A stretch of 64,000 nucleotides of DNA from an uncultured Candidatus Saccharibacteria bacterium (GTDB lineage: Bacteria > Patescibacteriota > WWE3 > UBA101185 > UBA10185), in the NCBI GenBank assembly GCA_964387275.1, contig CAYLVW010000003.1:45796-109795 (forward strand), in the 5' to 3' direction. Shown in pieces: positions 62,155-64,000 of the stretch (positions are counted from its first letter, which is position 1; each line of letters begins with the position of its first letter). The notes under the pieces are model-generated. The model was not told where the DNA came from and searched no databases. It was given only the letters and a program-made list of their open reading frames with translations. The translations under genes were made by a program, and so were the position numbers.

Positions 62155-63123
62155 ATGGAACCTATAATCAAACAAATTCGATCAGAAATCGAATCCCTTA
62201 ACCAAAAAATTTTGGAAATAAACGCCCACCTGGCTACTGAGAAAGACTCTGAAATGGTAAACATGCTTAAAATTGAGATTGATACAATCAGGGGACAAAT
62301 AGAGGCATTAAACGCCTCAATAGAAACCATGGAGACCGGATATAGCTCTGATATAGAAGATCTGTCAGACTCTAAGATTAACCCGAATATAGCAATTCTG
62401 GAGGTAAGGTCGGGAACAGGTGGAGACGAGGCTGGTTTATTCGCATTCGACTTATACAGAATGTATTTAAGGTACTTTGAGCAGTCAGGGTGGAAATTCG
62501 AGGATAACTTTCTCTCAGAAAATGGCGTAGGTGGTATTAAAACAGCCTCTGTAACTGTTAGAGGAAAAAACGCGTATGAGTTACTAAAATATGAATCAGG
62601 GGTTCATAGAGTTCAAAGAATACCGAAAACTGAATCAGGAGGCAGGATACACACTTCAACAGCTACCGTGGCAGTACTCCCACAAGTAGATAAGGTAGAA
62701 ATAGAAATTAAACCTGAGGATGTTAAACTAGATTTTTTTAGAGCCGGGGGTCACGGGGGGCAAAACGTAAACAAGGTCTCAACAGCTGTTAGACTTACCC
62801 ACCTACCAACTGGTGTTGTTGTGGAGTGCCAAGAAGAACGCTCACAAGGAAAAAATCGAGATAAAGCTATGGGGATACTAAAATCACGATTGTACAACAT
62901 GATGCAAGAACAGCAAGTTAAAAATATTGCTGACTTACGATCAGAACAAGTTGGATCAGGTGACAGAAGTGAGAAAATAAGAACTTACAACTGGCCCCAA
63001 GACAGAATAACAGACCATAGATTAGGAGTTAGCTGGCATAATATACCAGCTATAATGAACGGTGGGATTGAAAAAATTCTAACTGATTGCCAAAAACTAA
63101 CTCACGAACAAAAACAACAATAA
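62155..63123 (+). CDS. prfA: Peptide chain release factor 1
   Basis: 'GGQNVNKV' GGQ motif. '[12 protein letters not shown]' PxT tripeptide motif, RF1-type. Confidence 0.9.
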   Translation: MEPIIKQIRSEIESLNQKILEINAHLATEKDSEMVNMLKIEIDTIRGQIEALNASIETMETGYSSDIEDLSDSKINPNIAILEVRSGTGGDEAGLFAFDLYRMYLRYFEQSGWKFEDNFLSENGVGGIKTASVTVRGKNAYELLKYESGVHRVQRIPKTESGGRIHTSTATVAVLPQVDKVEIEIKPEDVKLDFFRAGGHGGQNVNKVSTAVRLTHLPTGVVVECQEERSQGKNRDKAMGILKSRLYNMMQEQQVKNIADLRSEQVGSGDRSEKIRTYNWPQDRITDHRLGVSWHNIPAIMNGGIEKILTDCQKLTHEQKQQ

Positions 63124-63188
63124 ATACCCTAAAATCTAAAGCTAGTTATATAAATATATAAATCCCACCGACAAACTAAAACTACTAC

Positions 63189-64000
63189 TTACCTCGTGGT
63201 ATTAGGCAGTTCTTCGAGGATAATATCAATGTCCAACACGTCCCCATCTCTGTCAAGTGAAAGCTCCACTCTATCTCCTACTTTCATAGAAGACACTTTA
63301 TTCGCAAGTGCATAATCCCCCACTACATCCTCACCATTAAAAGTTAAGATAATATCGCCTCTTTTTATACCAGCCTTAGACGCAGGAGAGTCTGGCAAAA
63401 CAGCAGACACAAAAGCCCCTTCGGGTAAATCCCTAAGTGTGGCAATCTCTTTAGTAATAATCCGATAACTAATACCCATATAAGGCTTAATAATGCGCCC
63501 TTCCTTAATAAAAGACTCTAAAATAGGCTTTAGTTTGTTTACAGGGATTGCAAAACTTATATTATCAGCCCCCATAGTTGTTGCAACGTTTATACCAATA
63601 ACTTGACCGGCAGAATTTAATAAGGGCCCTCCTGAGTTTCCGGGATTTAACGCTGCATCAGTCTGTATAACATCATCATATACTTTTGTAGCTGTCCCAA
63701 AACCCCCGCTAGCACTAAGCCCCCGGGCAATACCTGAAATAACTCCTGTTGTGACGGTATTTTGAAATCTCCCAAGTGCATTACCAATAGCAATGGCTTG
63801 CTGCCCAACTTTCAAATTAGAAGAATCACCAAATTCTGCGACAGGAAGATTTCTAGCGCTGATCTCTAATATGGCTAGATCTGATGTTTCATCAAGATTT
63901 ATATTTTCAACCTCATAAGTAGTCCCATCTTTTAATACCACAGAATATTGCCCCGAAGGATCATCAACAACGTGAGAGTTTGTGACAATTAAACCATTAT
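63189..64000 (-). CDS. HtrA/DegP-family trypsin-like serine protease with PDZ domain (N-terminus beyond the window end)
   Basis: 'GNSGGPLLN' catalytic Ser. The frame stays open past the annotated GTG and reads '...GLIVTNSHVV' (catalytic His) up to the window edge. C-terminal PDZ. Confidence 0.8.
   Translation of the reverse strand, partial: NGLIVTNSHVVDDPSGQYSVVLKDGTTYEVENINLDETSDLAILEISARNLPVAEFGDSSNLKVGQQAIAIGNALGRFQNTVTTGVISGIARGLSASGGFGTATKVYDDVIQTDAALNPGNSGGPLLNSAGQVIGINVATTMGADNISFAIPVNKLKPILESFIKEGRIIKPYMGISYRIITKEIATLRDLPEGAFVSAVLPDSPASKAGIKRGDIILTFNGEDVVGDYALANKVSSMKVGDRVELSLDRDGDVLDIDIILEELPNTTR

Overview
The window is low-GC (about 35-38%), gene-dense and uses the standard genetic code, with many short or overlapping intergenic spacers. 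I infer a reduced-genome bacterium, probably Patescibacteria/CPR-like. The core is housekeeping: tyrS 3' end, recG, rsmD, rpmF, nusB, an ACP-like gene, rnc, an rpsP/KH-protein/trmD operon without rimM, holB-like, gyrB, ppaC, gyrA, rnhB, guaB-like, a xer-type recombinase, ruvC, yebC, efp, tRNA-Leu(CAA), dnaB, hisS, rpmE, prfA and a partial htrA. A contiguous minus-strand type IV pilus (T4P) locus of about 21.5 kb dominates the window (8003-29473). Read in transcription order it runs pilB-pilT-pilC-pilin-pilD, then two tandem paralogous three-gene cassettes, then a major pilin, six minor pilin-like genes, a third PilX_N-like gene and pilM-pilN-pilO. Each cassette holds a small TM protein, a roughly 920-aa Cys-rich secreted protein and a PilX-like protein. 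No secretin gene is seen in the window. Other notable points follow. Two separate islands each carry three individually terminated ORFan genes of 120-150 aa that appear to be distant paralogs of each other. The ACP homolog lacks the phosphopantetheine-attachment serine. A 970-bp AT-rich, repeat-rich non-coding region sits next to the tyrosine recombinase and is flanked by a direct repeat that duplicates the recombinase 5' end. A small membrane-protein gene has anomalously high GC. A large HerA/FtsK/TraD-type ATPase has a novel N-terminal domain. A membrane protein is fused to a DksA/TraR zinc finger and sits beside a truncated LspA-like gene. Coordinates may be off by 1 nt locally. The supplied ORF track uses TTG/GTG alternative starts, and several starts were moved to internal ATGs by homology.
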